Part shown: one piece after another, positions 46,878 to 60,481 of the stretch
Layout: every line of letters begins with the position of its first letter
Numbering within the stretch: position 1 is the stretch's first letter
From: Tubiluchus corallicola
Taxonomy: Eukaryota; Animalia; Priapulida
Direction of reading: 5' to 3'
Assembly: GCA_030141605.1 (NCBI GenBank)
Contig: JAQGDQ010000138.1
Span: 186,001 to 250,000 of the forward strand
Length of the DNA: 64,000 bases
Notes under the pieces: generated by a model
Told to the model about the DNA's origin: nothing
The model's database searches: none
What the model saw: the letters and a program-made list of their open reading frames with translations, nothing else
Position numbers and translations under genes: made by a program

Positions 46878-49800
46878 CATCTACGGGCGCACATGGACAT
46901 ATTGATGGTGAGGCAATGCATGAAAAATCGTTTCTTTGCACATGCATTTCCGAAGCCTATGCTAGAAGATTCCACTTGTGGCTGACACTTATCACAAGAT
47001 TTGTTTATTCCAAGCTAAAGTCACTGCCATTTAGATAAACACATCTCCCATTTGATTGATTTTTATATAACTGACCCCCTTAACAACTGTAAATAAATTC
47101 TACCTTGTCAGTTAAAATTGTTTTTGAAAAAATCCTCTGCTAGTACAGCAATTACAAACGTTTTCATGACATGTTCTAACAAACAACAGTTTGTTCTTAG
47201 CAGAGTATTTTATTTTTGAAGTGCTTCAGGTGAAGGTACTATAATTTGGCGTATGTCTTTTTGCTATACTCGTCTGTGTCAAGTTTGTTTGTGTACATCA
47301 ATGGTATGATCACTTGTCACTACTGCTATAAGCAGCTGCTGTGCTACTGGCTTAACGATTGCAAATGGTAGCTTATAAAATTAGCAAGACAGCACTCTCT
47401 TAAGTCAAAGTCGCACAGTAGTACTTTGTGAGTATAGCTGAAATATCGCAAAGTCTGCCTGATTGCTGTTTGCAAATAAGTTCACTGTTTATGGAATAAG
47501 TAATTAATTAGTCATGTTTTCATGCAAAATCTAAACTGTAATTTATTTTTAGTCATTGTCGTCACTCCTTATCATAACAAGAGACAATGCACGTAAATGG
47601 GATTAAAATAAGGGCGAAGTCCACTTTCTAAAGTGCTCATTTTAGCCATATTGAAGGTTTGAACAAAATAGCTTCTACTTTTAGCTACATGTGCTGATAT
47701 ATAGCCAGTGTTTGGTTAAATTAAAAATTGAAAACGACCATATAATTATTATTTTATTATTTATTTATTATTATCATCTATTATTTATTTAATATTAACA
47801 TATATAATATGGCAAGATGACTAGTATTGACTACAGCCAAATGTAAATACAAATTAAAGTTTTAAATAAAATTCCTAATTGCTAATGATAAGACTGTAGC
47901 TGCCATAATGTTACTAAAAATTATTTTTATCTATAATGTATAATTGAGCCTAAGAAAAACAGGCTACCTATTAACTTTGTGATGTATATGTGAAATATGT
48001 GTATTAGTAGAAACATCTTTAATGAACCTCAAAGCATTTCAAGTCAATCTTGGTGATGTTTTTAGCCTGAGCGAATTACTGTGTGTGGGTGTGAAGCAGT
48101 TACTGTGCATGGGTGTACATTGATGTTGCTTGAGTGTATTTAGTCAGAAGCTCCTCACTCAACCTGAGATAAGTACGAGACAGTCACTGCCTTGGCCACT
48201 GCTTCCATGCTCCAGCTAATGTGGTCTGAATGAGATTTGTTTATAATGTTCGTGAAAATTTACAAACATTCGTTACATTTAGCTGAAATAATGCAGCAAA
48301 TTTATGAAGTGAAGTGCAGCATTTGGTCAAAAAATAGGAAGATATGATAAAACTCGCCGTGACATTAACACAACTAAGATTTCTTTTTGGTGACGAAAGC
48401 TATCAGTCATAATCTAGTTATAAGTGCCTAAATGAAATGCCGTAAAACTTGCTTTATGGTGACCTGAAAACGCTCTGTCATCACTTGCAATTTCACCGTA
48501 GTTAGGTACGTTGTATTAACACTTAAACATTAGTTATTATCGCTTATTTACCCATGTCTTACTTGTGATTTGCATCCATCGTGCTGCGAAAATAAATTGC
48601 AACTATAATGTCTTATAAAGTGTGTCCACAAGAAAAATATATTTATATTGCATAATTCTGGTTGAATTTTTATTTATTCTTCTATAATTACGTTATAAAT
48701 TTAGCCAAATGTTGCCATTATGAAAACATATTATATACCTTGTAGGTCTATGATATTCTCTAGCAGGAAAAAGTTACTCACCGTCAGATGGATCAGCAAT
48801 TTCAAATTTCATAAATGCCCCCCAAGCAAGTAGCTAATAAGTTGCCAGTTTTATAGTCAGTTAGTGAAGCCATGGATTTAGAAACGCTTTTCGCAATTTT
48901 TTAATATAATTTTTTAGACAAAGGTAACTTACATAGCGCAGTTATAAATGCTTATATTTTTGTTTTATTCTAAAATGAAGACACATACATACTTTATAAA
49001 TTACAAAACTTACGCAAATCGTATGGTATAAGAGAAGCCAACCACGTAAAATTTTTATTAAAATTTTTAAAGTCTAGTAGATTAAAATTAGTTAAAATCC
49101 ATTAACACTAATGAAACGATTAAGATTAATTAAGCTTTTGATGGCAACGAATTCTAAATATTTAAAACACAGTTAGCAAAAGAGGAAAAAATATTTTACA
49201 ACAGCTTTTACACTTTAAAAACGTATCTTCTCAGACTTCTTGTAGGAATACGCCACCCACGGAATCGTTAGAGTCTAAACCTATTACCGTCCTCGACATG
49301 CTTTATACACAGTTTTAATGGTTTCAGATTCACAGAAAGATTTGTAGATGGTCTCGATCCTGACTGTTTCAGCTTTCTTGAAAAACCCAGTTCAGTAACA
49401 TCTGTCCAGCTGGGAAACCTGATAGCTCTGATACCTGATAACTCATTTGTTAAAGATCCATTGACACCCTGGTAGACACTTGCTGTCAAAATTCACTATA
49501 GACTAGCCTGATACAAAAAAGCGGCTTTATTTTTTATAAACTTACGCGTTTCGCTTTGATTAGCATTGAAACATTTGAAATTTAGCGCCGCACAGAGATC
49601 TTAGTGTCATAGGACGTTTAAGGTCGATGATTGAATCAAGGAACAAATTTCCCAAATCTAATTATTATAATATATATTCTTGTCACACGATTGTCTAGTA
49701 GGCCTATTGTCAATTATATGTTGCAAATGCAAGTTTCATATGTGTCATAGCGCCTTTTTATGTGCTTGCTCTCCCTAACTTTAGGACCTGGCTACGCCTT

Positions 49801-50541
49801 TGATTGTTGTCAAAAGGATTGAACCTTGCATAAATATCCTAGGGCTGGTGTTGTTGTCTTTAGTTCTGATTGCCGATAACGACGCGAGAATCTGAATTAC
49901 CAGCGCGACACCTTGGGGGACACATTTTGGGGAATTTGAGATATTGCCGCCAGAATTTAGAAACAGTTTTCACGCATAGTCTTTCACTTCAGAACATATA
50001 AATACATTATTAGTTGATATAAACGTGTACTTAAACTAAAGTAGTTTTATGCAGTGGCGTTGCTAAAATAGAAACCGCTTCCCCGAGCACATTTTTCAAA
50101 ATTTGCGCCGTTTCAGTCATTTTTTTAACTCTGTAGTAATTCACTTGTGCGGTGAAAATCGAATCTTTTTTATCACATAGCATTGGAAGAAATGTTCCTT
50201 CATGGTTTTTCACTGTTCATTTTGTTTTTATTTTAAGTCTAGAATAAAAATAATTAAATAACATGTTTTTTTATGTTTTGAGATTTGCGAGCTTACTGTA
50301 AAACTTTTTGTTGTGTTTTAGTTAGTTTTAAATACAAAATAACAATTATGTACTTCTTTTAAAACTGTATCAACCTCGTGTTTGATTGTAAAAACAAAAT
50401 TGAATTATGTAATCAGTTATATTTTAGTTATAAAATACAATTAAAAATGGTTTGGTATGTGCCAAAATGATTAATGAAGTGTGCTCTTTTTTGAGCACTG
50501 CATTAATAACCATGCATTTTAGAGTACAAATGCATTATTAA

Positions 50542-50543
<2 letters not shown>

Positions 50544-50627
<84 letters not shown>

Positions 50628-50632
50628 TCCCT
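50544..50632. repeat. (CT)n/(GA)n microsatellite
   Basis: About 40 CT units; explains the poly-ER ORF at 50519-50812. Confidence 0.97.
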
Positions 50633-51191
50633 CTTCAACTTCAGCAAAAAGAGCAAAGTAAGCAGATGTAACGATGTAGCAAGGTGAAAAGAATTAGCGA
50701 TGCAGCAAAGACGCACTTGATGTACTGGAACTTTTATATTTTGCATGCCTTCACTTTGTAATCTCAAAGTAATTTTATTGATGCACAACGCCATTAGATC
50801 ATATTTCAACAATTTTATTTCAACAGGTGTAATTTCATAACAACGATTATTATATTATTTTATTCAAATAACAACCCAACATTTTTCTGTGCTAATAATA
50901 AATAAAACTAACTAGATAGAGAAAAACGTCCCTCGTTTATATGCTTTTATATGCAATTGTTCAACAATGCATAGTAATAATTCTGCTGTATGATTTTATC
51001 ACTGAGTTACAGTACATAACATAAAAGTGTGTATTGTGAGTTGAAGCCAGGTCACCGGGTTCTTGTGTCACTGGTCACCAACCAGGTCATCACGCTCGGG
51101 ACACGCAATTCAATACATTTCTTCATTATTTGTGGGATGTGAGAATATGTATGAGGTGTGATTATCAGCGTGACTGACTGGTGCTGAAAGA

Positions 51192-54100
51192 TTACGAAAA
51201 ATAGGGATACACGGTCCCGGTCTTCTTCCGCTTATTTTGGATTGGTCTAATTACTTTGCCACCTGAAATTTAAGCGGAAAAATAATAATCAATAAAGCCA
51301 TTTTCTGATGGCCTCATCATCAGCAGCATGATGACGAGAGTGGATGTGACTAGGTTCTAATCATTCTTAGAGACAGCTTTGATATGCTCAATAATTCTCT
51401 GCCATAAATCGGCGCGCCTATAATCCCTCTTGTAAACAAACCAAACAGGACACATTTGAGCTCCTATTTTACCGCTTCCTCCTCTATTATGTAGTAAATC
51501 AGGCGTTATAAGACACAATTACATTTATAGATCCAAGATCCAATACTATCCCACTCTCGCCTTGCACCCTATCTCACTCTTCCTATTCTCGCGCTCACGG
51601 CTGCAGTGTATTGGACGAAACCAGCAATGTACGGGACGACACCACCAATGTACGGGACGAAACCAGCAGCGTACGGGGCAAAACCAGCAGTGCCATAATT
51701 TATGACGTGTTATCTCTCCTTAGTCCAGCAGCGTCTTAATAACTTCACTTTCTGACAACGTGATCTTTATTCTGAGTTTTTCATTTTCCCAACTTCTGAC
51801 TGTCTCTCTAAAAAAGCTATACTGTTAGCTTTCAGAAGATGTGCTTGCCTTTGACTGCCTTCGCACACTTTTCACAGCTAAGGCTAATTATTAAGCTGCA
51901 CATCTATTTCAGGCTCGTCTCTAAAGTGGCTAACTGTGCGCATTTACGCATCAGGGTACCATTTGCCTCTCTGTCGTAATGTTATTATACATGTATTCAT
52001 AATTTTTCATTTCTCACATAAAGCACCATAGTACAGAAACGCCAAAACGCAAATATAGGTTCGAGATGCGAATTTTTATATTGAATATTGATGAATAACT
52101 CGATACTTTTTACTGTCGGATTTCTAATATACTTATCGCTACTTGACACGTATCGGCACGGTTGTGTAGAAACTAACGGAACAGTTGATGTAGAAACCAT
52201 AGTGTAGTACTAGTGCATAGCATAGTATAGTTGTAATTATAGCCTTATAGGTGTATTTAGTCCTTGAATTTAAACATGACGTCACAAATTTGCAAACCAG
52301 GTAAAGCCAGAGCTCAGCAAGGTTGACGTCAGCATAGTTCATGTACATGTATAGTGTAAATGTTGACGTGGCAAAGCAGTTGAAATGTGTAAATTATGAA
52401 GTTAATTTTGTATTTGCTCTTTATTTGTATTTACCCGACTTCGCGCTATTTAATGACTGAGGACTACTAATTCGGATACGATGTAAGTAAATTAGTAAAT
52501 TACACTACTCCTATAAATTTATTGCTCTGATTCATGTGCTTTAAGTGCAACTGTGATGTGCATTAAGTGATTTCGGTTAATTAGAGAAGTCTTACGTTCC
52601 GACGTAATTGTACTCAACTTCTAATGTGCTACTCTTTATTTGATATTTGAATTTTTTTGTAAATTCCAGATGAAATAAAAACGCTATATATAACATATAA
52701 TACTGAAAACTAGTACAGTTCGTGGTCATGTTGCTCTTTCAATACCAGTCCCCCCCCCCCCAACAACTACCAGCTCGTGGCTTTGCACATACAGAGGTTA
52801 ATTTTGCAGAACTGCTCTTTCACAATGAGAATGTTATGAATGTTTACAAAAAAGAGTTATGTAGAATTTAATAACGAGTAAAAATTATAATCTTACCAGG
52901 CCGACCTGGTTCTCCTGGTTGTCCTGGGACTCCTGGCAGTCCTATATTTCCCGGTATCCCTGGATTTCCAGGAGGCCCTATGTCCCCTTTCATACCCTTT
53001 AGTCCTTTTCCAGTTCCTGGTTCACCTGGGTCACCTTTAGATCCCATTTGTCCAGGCTGACCAGGTGGTCCTGGTTCACCATCTCTGCCATCCTCTCCTG
53101 GAATGCCATCACTTCCAGGCCAGCCATCCAATCCTGGTCCTCCTGGCGATCCCTTGGGACCAGGCCATCCTTTCTCTCCACGTTCTCCTCGCAAGCCATC
53201 TCTACCAGGTTGACCAGGTTGTCCTGGATTGCCATCTTTTCCTGGAATTCCAGGAGGACCTGGTTGGCCATTAAGCCCTGGAGCACCTACAGGACCTGGT
53301 GCGCCAGTATCACCAGGAGTTCCTTGGGTTCCGGGTGTACCAGGTGTGCCATCGGTTCCTGGTTGCCCTGGTTCTCCCTGAGCACCATCTCTACCATCCT
53401 TTCCATCAGTACCATCCTGTCCATCCGTACCTGGTTGTCCAGATTCACCAGGCTCACCAGGTGGTCCTGGTAGTCCGGGTGGACCAATTAAACCAGGTGG
53501 ACATACAGGGCATACACCAGGTTGTCCAGGATTTCCTGGAGCACCTGGATTTCCTGGAGCACCAGTATTTCCTGGAGCACCAGGAACTCCCGGTGGACCT
53601 GAAGGCCCTGGAGGTCCTGGCATTTCTGAAATGAAAACATAATAACGGCTATAAATTAAGGGTTTGAATAAAAACTCATTTAAAAATTAAAAAGGCAAAC
53701 GTCACAGCTCTGTAACTGCTATTAGAGCTGCAGCATAAATTTTGGAGCATTCTGGCGTTCTTAGGGTTATTGTTAAGAATGTGCTTTTGTGCTTTTTTTA
53801 TTAATCGCTAATTACTGATCCAGAAGAGATTATAGTTTTTGCCATTTTAATGTAGTTTAATCATAGATAAGAATACCGTATTTCCATTCCTAACATATAG
53901 AAACTGGCTCGTGAGTGATCAAATTCGGAGTTATCGTTGCAAAACAATTGCTTTTTAAAATGCCGTTGGGTCGGCACTTTCTGTAAACACTGGAAAAATG
54001 TGGGAATCAGTGTACTAGAAGAAAATATTTAAAGATGCGATGGATTTAATCAGCTCTGCTGTTATGATCCTAAACTTCGTGTAAGACTCATAAGTGTAGG

Positions 54101-57100
54101 ATACGAAATTTAGTAAATTTTTGAACAAACCATTCGGCAATATCGTGATCAAATTGACATGACAGTAAATTTTTAACTTTTTATTACACGAGAAACCAGC
54201 ATTTCTTCTAATAGTAGGCTTAATCCGGTTATTCAAATTACAGAAATGTTTAGAACGAATTTAGACACAAAAACCGGTTGTCAAGAAAACGATTGACATA
54301 ATTCATGACACCAGATAAGTAGGAAGTTTCTCTTAAAATACAAATGATGATGATGATTAATTTTTAATTTTAAAAATACATCTTTTCATGAATTAACCTC
54401 TAGTTGCAGGCAAAGTTTAATTTAATTATTATCATCATCTCTATATTCACACGTCCTCTCACATGACCCTCGCAATTACTTTAGACCACACTCAACCACA
54501 ACCTAACCTCAACCTTGTCAACCACTGATGTTATCTAACAATGTTGAGAGTATTAGACTGCATAAATAAAAACTTACAGTAGGACAAAAACTAACCTAAG
54601 AAAAATAAACAGGGCCTCAATAAACGTGTTTTATTGCCTACACGATTACGACACTGTGTAGCCTCTTCCTTACCATCTAAAAATTGTCTTAATATGGCTT
54701 TTTTGGGTCCCAGAAATGGACCTATACCAGTGCTAAGCTACCCTATGGCAAAGACCATCGTATAAAAACTTAATCTAGAAATGTATAAGAAATAAAAAAT
54801 TATCCCACGAGATGGTATCGATAAGTGAAATTTTAGGCTTTGGCTCAAGGACTATAAGTATTTAATTCATTTATTGCTTGTTTAATACCTTTCATTTTTT
54901 CAGAACGCAATATGTATCTATTGCAGTCTTTTAGGTTTTTTGCAATTTAGCAAAAACAAGTAGATACATTAAGTGCATCTAAATTTGAGTTTATTTTGAA
55001 CTTGCTTACTTATAGAACTTCAGCAAATTGTACGCTTCGCTTAGCACACTGCTCGTTGATTACAAAACGTCGCTTCAAAATTTTCAGGCAGTAAAGCTAA
55101 GGGGTAAAAAGCCCACTACACACCAGTTTATGTACAACTAATACGATGTTATAAGATTGTCAAAAATTATAACGAGAAAAATACATTTACGGCTATTAAA
55201 ATTATTACGCAACATGCCAAATTGCTAATTAACGTAGAACTAATTTATCATGATAATTATAGAATTATCTGCATCTGTGAAAGCACATCTAATCCTAGTC
55301 TGCATATGAGCTGCATCATTGAAAATTTCAGTAGAGCAATAAACTAAACGAAGCTCAATTAAACATTTAATTCTTACATGTTTCAATAATAAAATTTTCT
55401 TTTACAACATTTACAAACTTATTAATTAACGATTTCCTTCTTAGTATGCATTATAAGTTTAAGATGTTAATTAAAAATACTCACCTGGTTCTCCATCGTC
55501 ATCATCATCATCATCTGTAAAAAAGTGAAGTGCGCATTACAAAAGCAATTAACTGTGTACTGTGCGATGGTGTCCATGTGTACTGTTTCAAGTTTAAATT
55601 CGTATGCCTATGATAATAAAATATTCCTTGATCTGGGGGAATACGTTGGATCCATTATCTGTGTTGTGATCGAAAAAACTTTCCACTGTTCCTCAAAGAT
55701 TTACAACATCAGGTTTACTTGTTGAACACTAACCGTTATGCCCTGACTGTGAAATTTCAAGTAATATATACATTTAAAAAAATAAAAGGAAGGATGTGAA
55801 CAAGCAAGCGATGATGAGAAGTACAATACTCTAGCAGCGGCCTCACAATTGTGAATTCCAAGAGGTAGCTAAATTGTTCATGTTCTTAAAGTTGTAAAAA
55901 CCATGTTTACAACTTTAGCAACTTGTCTCTCGCAATATTTGTTGAATTTTAAGTCTAAGCATACAATCATTTCCAGATATTTACATGTTATATTTACATA
56001 TTAAATTTATAAAATGTACGCGGTTTAAAATTATTAAAGGTGCATGTAATAAACTTTTACGATAAAGTTCATGGTACGATAAAATATGGGACCAGAATGC
56101 GTTATCTAAATGAGATTGTGGTTAGTCTGATAGAGCTCACAAAGTGCAGCTAGTTGATGTTTACTTCTGTTGTTGACGCATTGCTTTATACAAAACTAAT
56201 AAGTACCTTCAAATTCCCCGCATCACCTAATGAAAGGCAGCTTGCAATGAAGAAGCAACAGAAAAGTGTATACCGTAGTAAACGTGATTATGTCAAGCTT
56301 AATTATTCCGCCGACTGTGGTGATAACTTTCTTATTTTGTAATTTATGCCATCAGTTTCCTGATCGAATACGTCTACAACACAGAAATCATGACCTTCTT
56401 TATTTTTAAATATTTTAAATGGAACAACATTATAATTTTACTTTTTTCACAAAATTGCTGCCAAATGTTATGGGAGCCGTTAACGACACCACCATAATCG
56501 TAAATATTACTATTACTGTCATTATCACTAGATGTTTCCGTCACTTTATTTGACAAATAGTGGCTGAAATAAGTTAACATAATTATGTGACCATTCAAGC
56601 TCCTGTTTGTCAAACAGAAGGTCGTACCATTCCTTGAATATTCAAGTGATATGTGACCATGAGAAAGAAGTAACTGACGCCGTATCCAAATGGCCAGGCA
56701 TCGCCCACAATAGCTTTATTGTAGCTGAATCAGCTAATGTGGGAAAATTCGACCAAGGAGAATTAAGAGATGCGTAGTTACAAGATGAATTACTTGACGT
56801 ACTACAAAAATTTATATGAATCCAAAGATACATTTGTTGACATCTTTAAATATTTTCTCTAAAACAAGTTAAAAGTTCTGACTATTTCGATTATTTCCTA
56901 CAACGGAAAAGTAAAAAATATGTTAATGAAATTTTATTGAGCATTTATTTATTGTAAAATTTACAACTTGCATATTCACTGCATACACCACGCAGTTTCT
57001 GAAAATACAGTGTAATAACAAAGCAAAAAAGCACGCTACACGCTTGCACGAAATTTGTGAATGCACTTTTGTAGCTACGCCTACATGCGCATCAAGTTGA

Positions 57101-60100
57101 CCGAAGTATAGAAGCTAAACTATAATTTCGATTGTATGATGTGACGAGAAATTTGAGAGATTTTTTTCTAGATGATCCTGTACAAAGTGCATGCTTTTAA
57201 ATTCTATTTATTAAAAAATCGTGATTAATTTTAAGAAGAACAGCGATTTTTTTAATACTTATGCATTTGTCGAAGCAACAAAAGCCGGTGCACGCCATCA
57301 GGCTTATGGTGATGCTCAACTAACATTGTCGATATCACTTTCCTGCATATCAGGGCCTGGGTTCTGCTCTTTCTTTCCACGGCTGTACAATGTTTTTTCG
57401 TAATTTTTTTCTTAATTGTATTTGTGAGAAAGCACGTAGAAACACCAAGTGAAGTCACCCGCTATTAAAGATAACAAATTAAAAAAACCCAAAAAACACG
57501 TTTTGTGAGGTCGAGTAATTGCGCGATTTCAAAAGGTGAAAATGTTGTTAAACAAATTAAATTAAACACTTTCTGTTTGCATACATTGAAGATAAGCCTC
57601 TAATCTATTCTACATGTAAGATCTAAAATTAAAATTTTGATAAGCACAGCTTTTTAACAGTTTTTTTTGTATTTATGGATAGCAAATGTTATATGACACG
57701 ATAATATATAAGTATTTGCTGAAATACAGGTAAAATTGCATAGTACGAGTGCCTTATCTGAAATACATTTTTGTGAAATTACGTTGTGACTGTACGAGTA
57801 ATGCAGCAGTAACAACAGTGCTATGGCGCAATAAACACTCCCTGGAGACTTTGTGCAATATTGACTGTTTGGCTTGTAGTGCGGTGCTGTATGCCACCTC
57901 ACCATGTACAGTACCACTTGTGTACCCCCCTGCGCGAAGCCATACTGTGTAACACATCGCCGTGCCCGCACAATCATGTACCGCATCGTCGAGCACCGCG
58001 TCGTTGTGTACCACAGGGCGATACACAAATGCGTGGTACACAACGAAGCGGTACATGACAAGTCAGTACACAGTGCTGCGGGACATAGCGAGGCGATATG
58101 CGACCCATCGTACAGTCGAATGTGCAGGAACTGTCACAGCGTTGCTATTACCAATGGCTTACCAACACGTTTTGATGTTGTAGCCTGCCTGTTTTGATGA
58201 TACAAGCTACACCACGTAGCATAAAAAACTTACCTACTATATATGCAAATATGATTTTATGTACGCATTTTATGGCAATAAATTAATAAATCGATAATAA
58301 ATCAGTATGTGCTGTGTTTTGTATATTTGGCTAAGTGCTTCAAAATTCCTAACAACTTCTTTTATGTTTCTACTTGCCTAACATGCCTGATTGCGTTATT
58401 TAATATTTGTGAATATAATATAGGTTTTCTTCTAAAAGAATCAATAGGTTTAACAAGAAAAAATTGAAATTACGTATTTGAAGTTCCGAATTTCAAATCG
58501 GACATTGCATAACCAAAGCAATGGCAGATAAACTATTAAGCAGATATAAAGCCCATCAAACAAGTGAAACAGCTTACATTGTGCGTGGACAGCAAATCTG
58601 AGGAAGTTTTGCCCATAACCATTAAATTAAAGATTTTTTTGAAAACTGTTTTGTCGTGGATATGGTAAGTAAATTGGCTTACATAAATAATAAAATTAAA
58701 TAGAATTATTATTGGATATATGAACGAATTATTTAAGAGAAAAGTTTTCAAAATTAAAATTTAATGGCATAAAGGTATAGGCATAAAATTATAATTTCTC
58801 TTAAAGAGTTAGCTATAAGAATCCAGGTAACAAAATCACAGATAACAAGTTGCAGAAAAAAGTGACGGATAATAGTGACAGGAAAAAAGTCACTGGGAGG
58901 AAAGAAATAACCCTAACCCTAACTCTAACCCTAAGTGCTATTGCTGAGGGAAGCAGGAACCGTGGCCACTAGTTATGTGAGAAACATTTTACATTGTTTG
59001 CCATATATGGTAATATTGGCTTGACGGGATTTGGCTCTCATGGAAAGGCCCACAATGACATGGTTGCTAGGGCTGACCACCATGGGACACCAATGGGCCA
59101 TAATTACCCAACAAAAATGATGCAATATACTATATTGATAGTCCCTATGGTTATCCTTGCGGCACTATTGTGAATACCTTGAATAATACTGGAAAGTAGT
59201 GAAATTAGACAACGTTTTATTTGAACATCAATACATTTAAGCTAAAATGGCCTTTCGGGTCTGGCTTCACAAAATGCCGCGTACCCAACTTCTGTCCCAC
59301 TTTGTCAACCACTAATGCAATGATGTTATGTAACAATATTGAGAGTATTACACTGCATAAGTAAAAACTTACAGTAGGACAAAAACTAACCTAAGAAAAA
59401 TAAACAGGGTCTCAATAAATGTGTTTTCGGGCTATTCTGAGATGGTGCCAGTTTCTAGACTGTACACCATAACGTGCCATTCAATTTTTTTATTACAATG
59501 TAGATGATTACAATGGTCCATAACATAATACTAAACAAAGTAAGCATTTAATGCCTACACGATTACGACACTGTATAGCCTCTTCCTTACCATCTAAAAG
59601 TTTGTCTTAATATGGCTTTTTTGGGTCCCAGAAATGGACCTGTACCAGTGCTAAGCTACCCTATGGCAAAGTCCATCGTATAAAAACTTAATCTAGAAAT
59701 GTATAAGAAATAAAAAATTATCCCACGAGATGGTATCGATAAGTGAAATTTTAGGCTTTGGCTCAAGGACTATAAGTATTTAATTCATTTATTGCTTGTT
59801 TAATACCTTTCATTTTTTCAGAACGCAATATGTATCTGTTGCAGTCTTTTAGGTTTTTTGCAATTTGGCAAAAATAAGTAGATACATTAAGTGTATCTAA
59901 ATTTGGGTTTATTTTTTGAACTTGCTTACTTATAGAACTTCAGCAAATTGTACGCTTCGCTTAGCACAGTGCTCGTTGATTACAAAACGTTGCTTCAAAA
60001 TTTTCAGGCAGTAAAGCTAAGGGGTAAAAAGCCCACTGCACACCAATTTATGTACAGCTAATACGATGTTACTAAGATTGTCAAAAATTATAACCAGAAA

Positions 60101-60419
60101 AATACATGTACCGCTATTAAAATTATTACGCAATATGCCAAATTGCTAATTAACGTAGAACTTATTTATCATAATAAGTATAGAATTATCTGCATCTGTG
60201 AGAGCACACCTAATCCTACTCTGCATATGAGCTGCATCATTGAAAATTTCAGTAGAGCAATAAACTAAACGAAGCTCAATTAAACATTTAATTCTTACAT
60301 GTTTCAATAATAAAATTTTCTTTTACAACATTTACAAACTTATTAATTAAGGATTTCCTTCTTAGTATGCATTATAAATTTAAGGTGTTAATTTAAAACA
60401 TTCACCTGGTTCTCCATCG

Positions 60420-60480
<61 letters not shown>
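51192..60480 (-). CDS. Short collagen with poly-Asp N-terminal mini-exons, 5'-partial
   Basis: Triple-helix exon 52897-53625 (TTTCAG|AA ATG CCA GGA...CCT G|GTAAG) has ~75-80 Gly-X-Y triplets with a CPVCPP interruption. Phase-1 mini-exons 55485-55514 (D7-GEP) and 60406-60480 (D22-GEP). Candidate last exon 51192-51262 ([22 protein letters not shown]), with a minus-strand AATAAA near 50860. The signal-peptide exon is not in the window. The helix exon is certain; the small exons are inferred. Confidence 0.75.
51613..51691. repeat. 21-bp tandem repeat, about 4 copies
   Basis: GGACGAAACCAGCAATGTACG / GGACGACACCACCAATGTACG / GGACGAAACCAGCAGCGTACG / GGGCAAAACCAGCAGTG. Confidence 0.85.
52897..53625 (-). 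CDS. Collagen triple-helix exon
   Basis: Continuous Gly-X-Y reading frame, Pro-rich at X/Y, bounded by canonical acceptor and donor sites. Confidence 0.95.
54515..58442. repeat. Segmental duplication copy A (direct repeat of 59302-64000)
   Basis: Near-identical to copy B over kilobases; the ORF track shows twin ORFs (56374/61923, 56642/62191, 57252/62800). Confidence 0.95.

Positions 60481-60481
<1 letters not shown>

Noticed and set aside
51613-51691. CRISPR-like array
   Set aside because: Contiguous 21-bp tandem units without unique spacers, in a eukaryotic intron; a minisatellite or MITE core.
52999-53634. Overlapping alternative-frame and antisense ORFs over the collagen exon
   Set aside because: Shadow ORFs caused by the GGN-CCN codon bias of Gly-X-Y repeats.
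58908-58934. (TAACCC)4 as an interstitial telomere or chromosome fusion site
   Set aside because: Only four imperfect units, next to short GTGAC/GTCAC repeats; more consistent with a small non-autonomous element.
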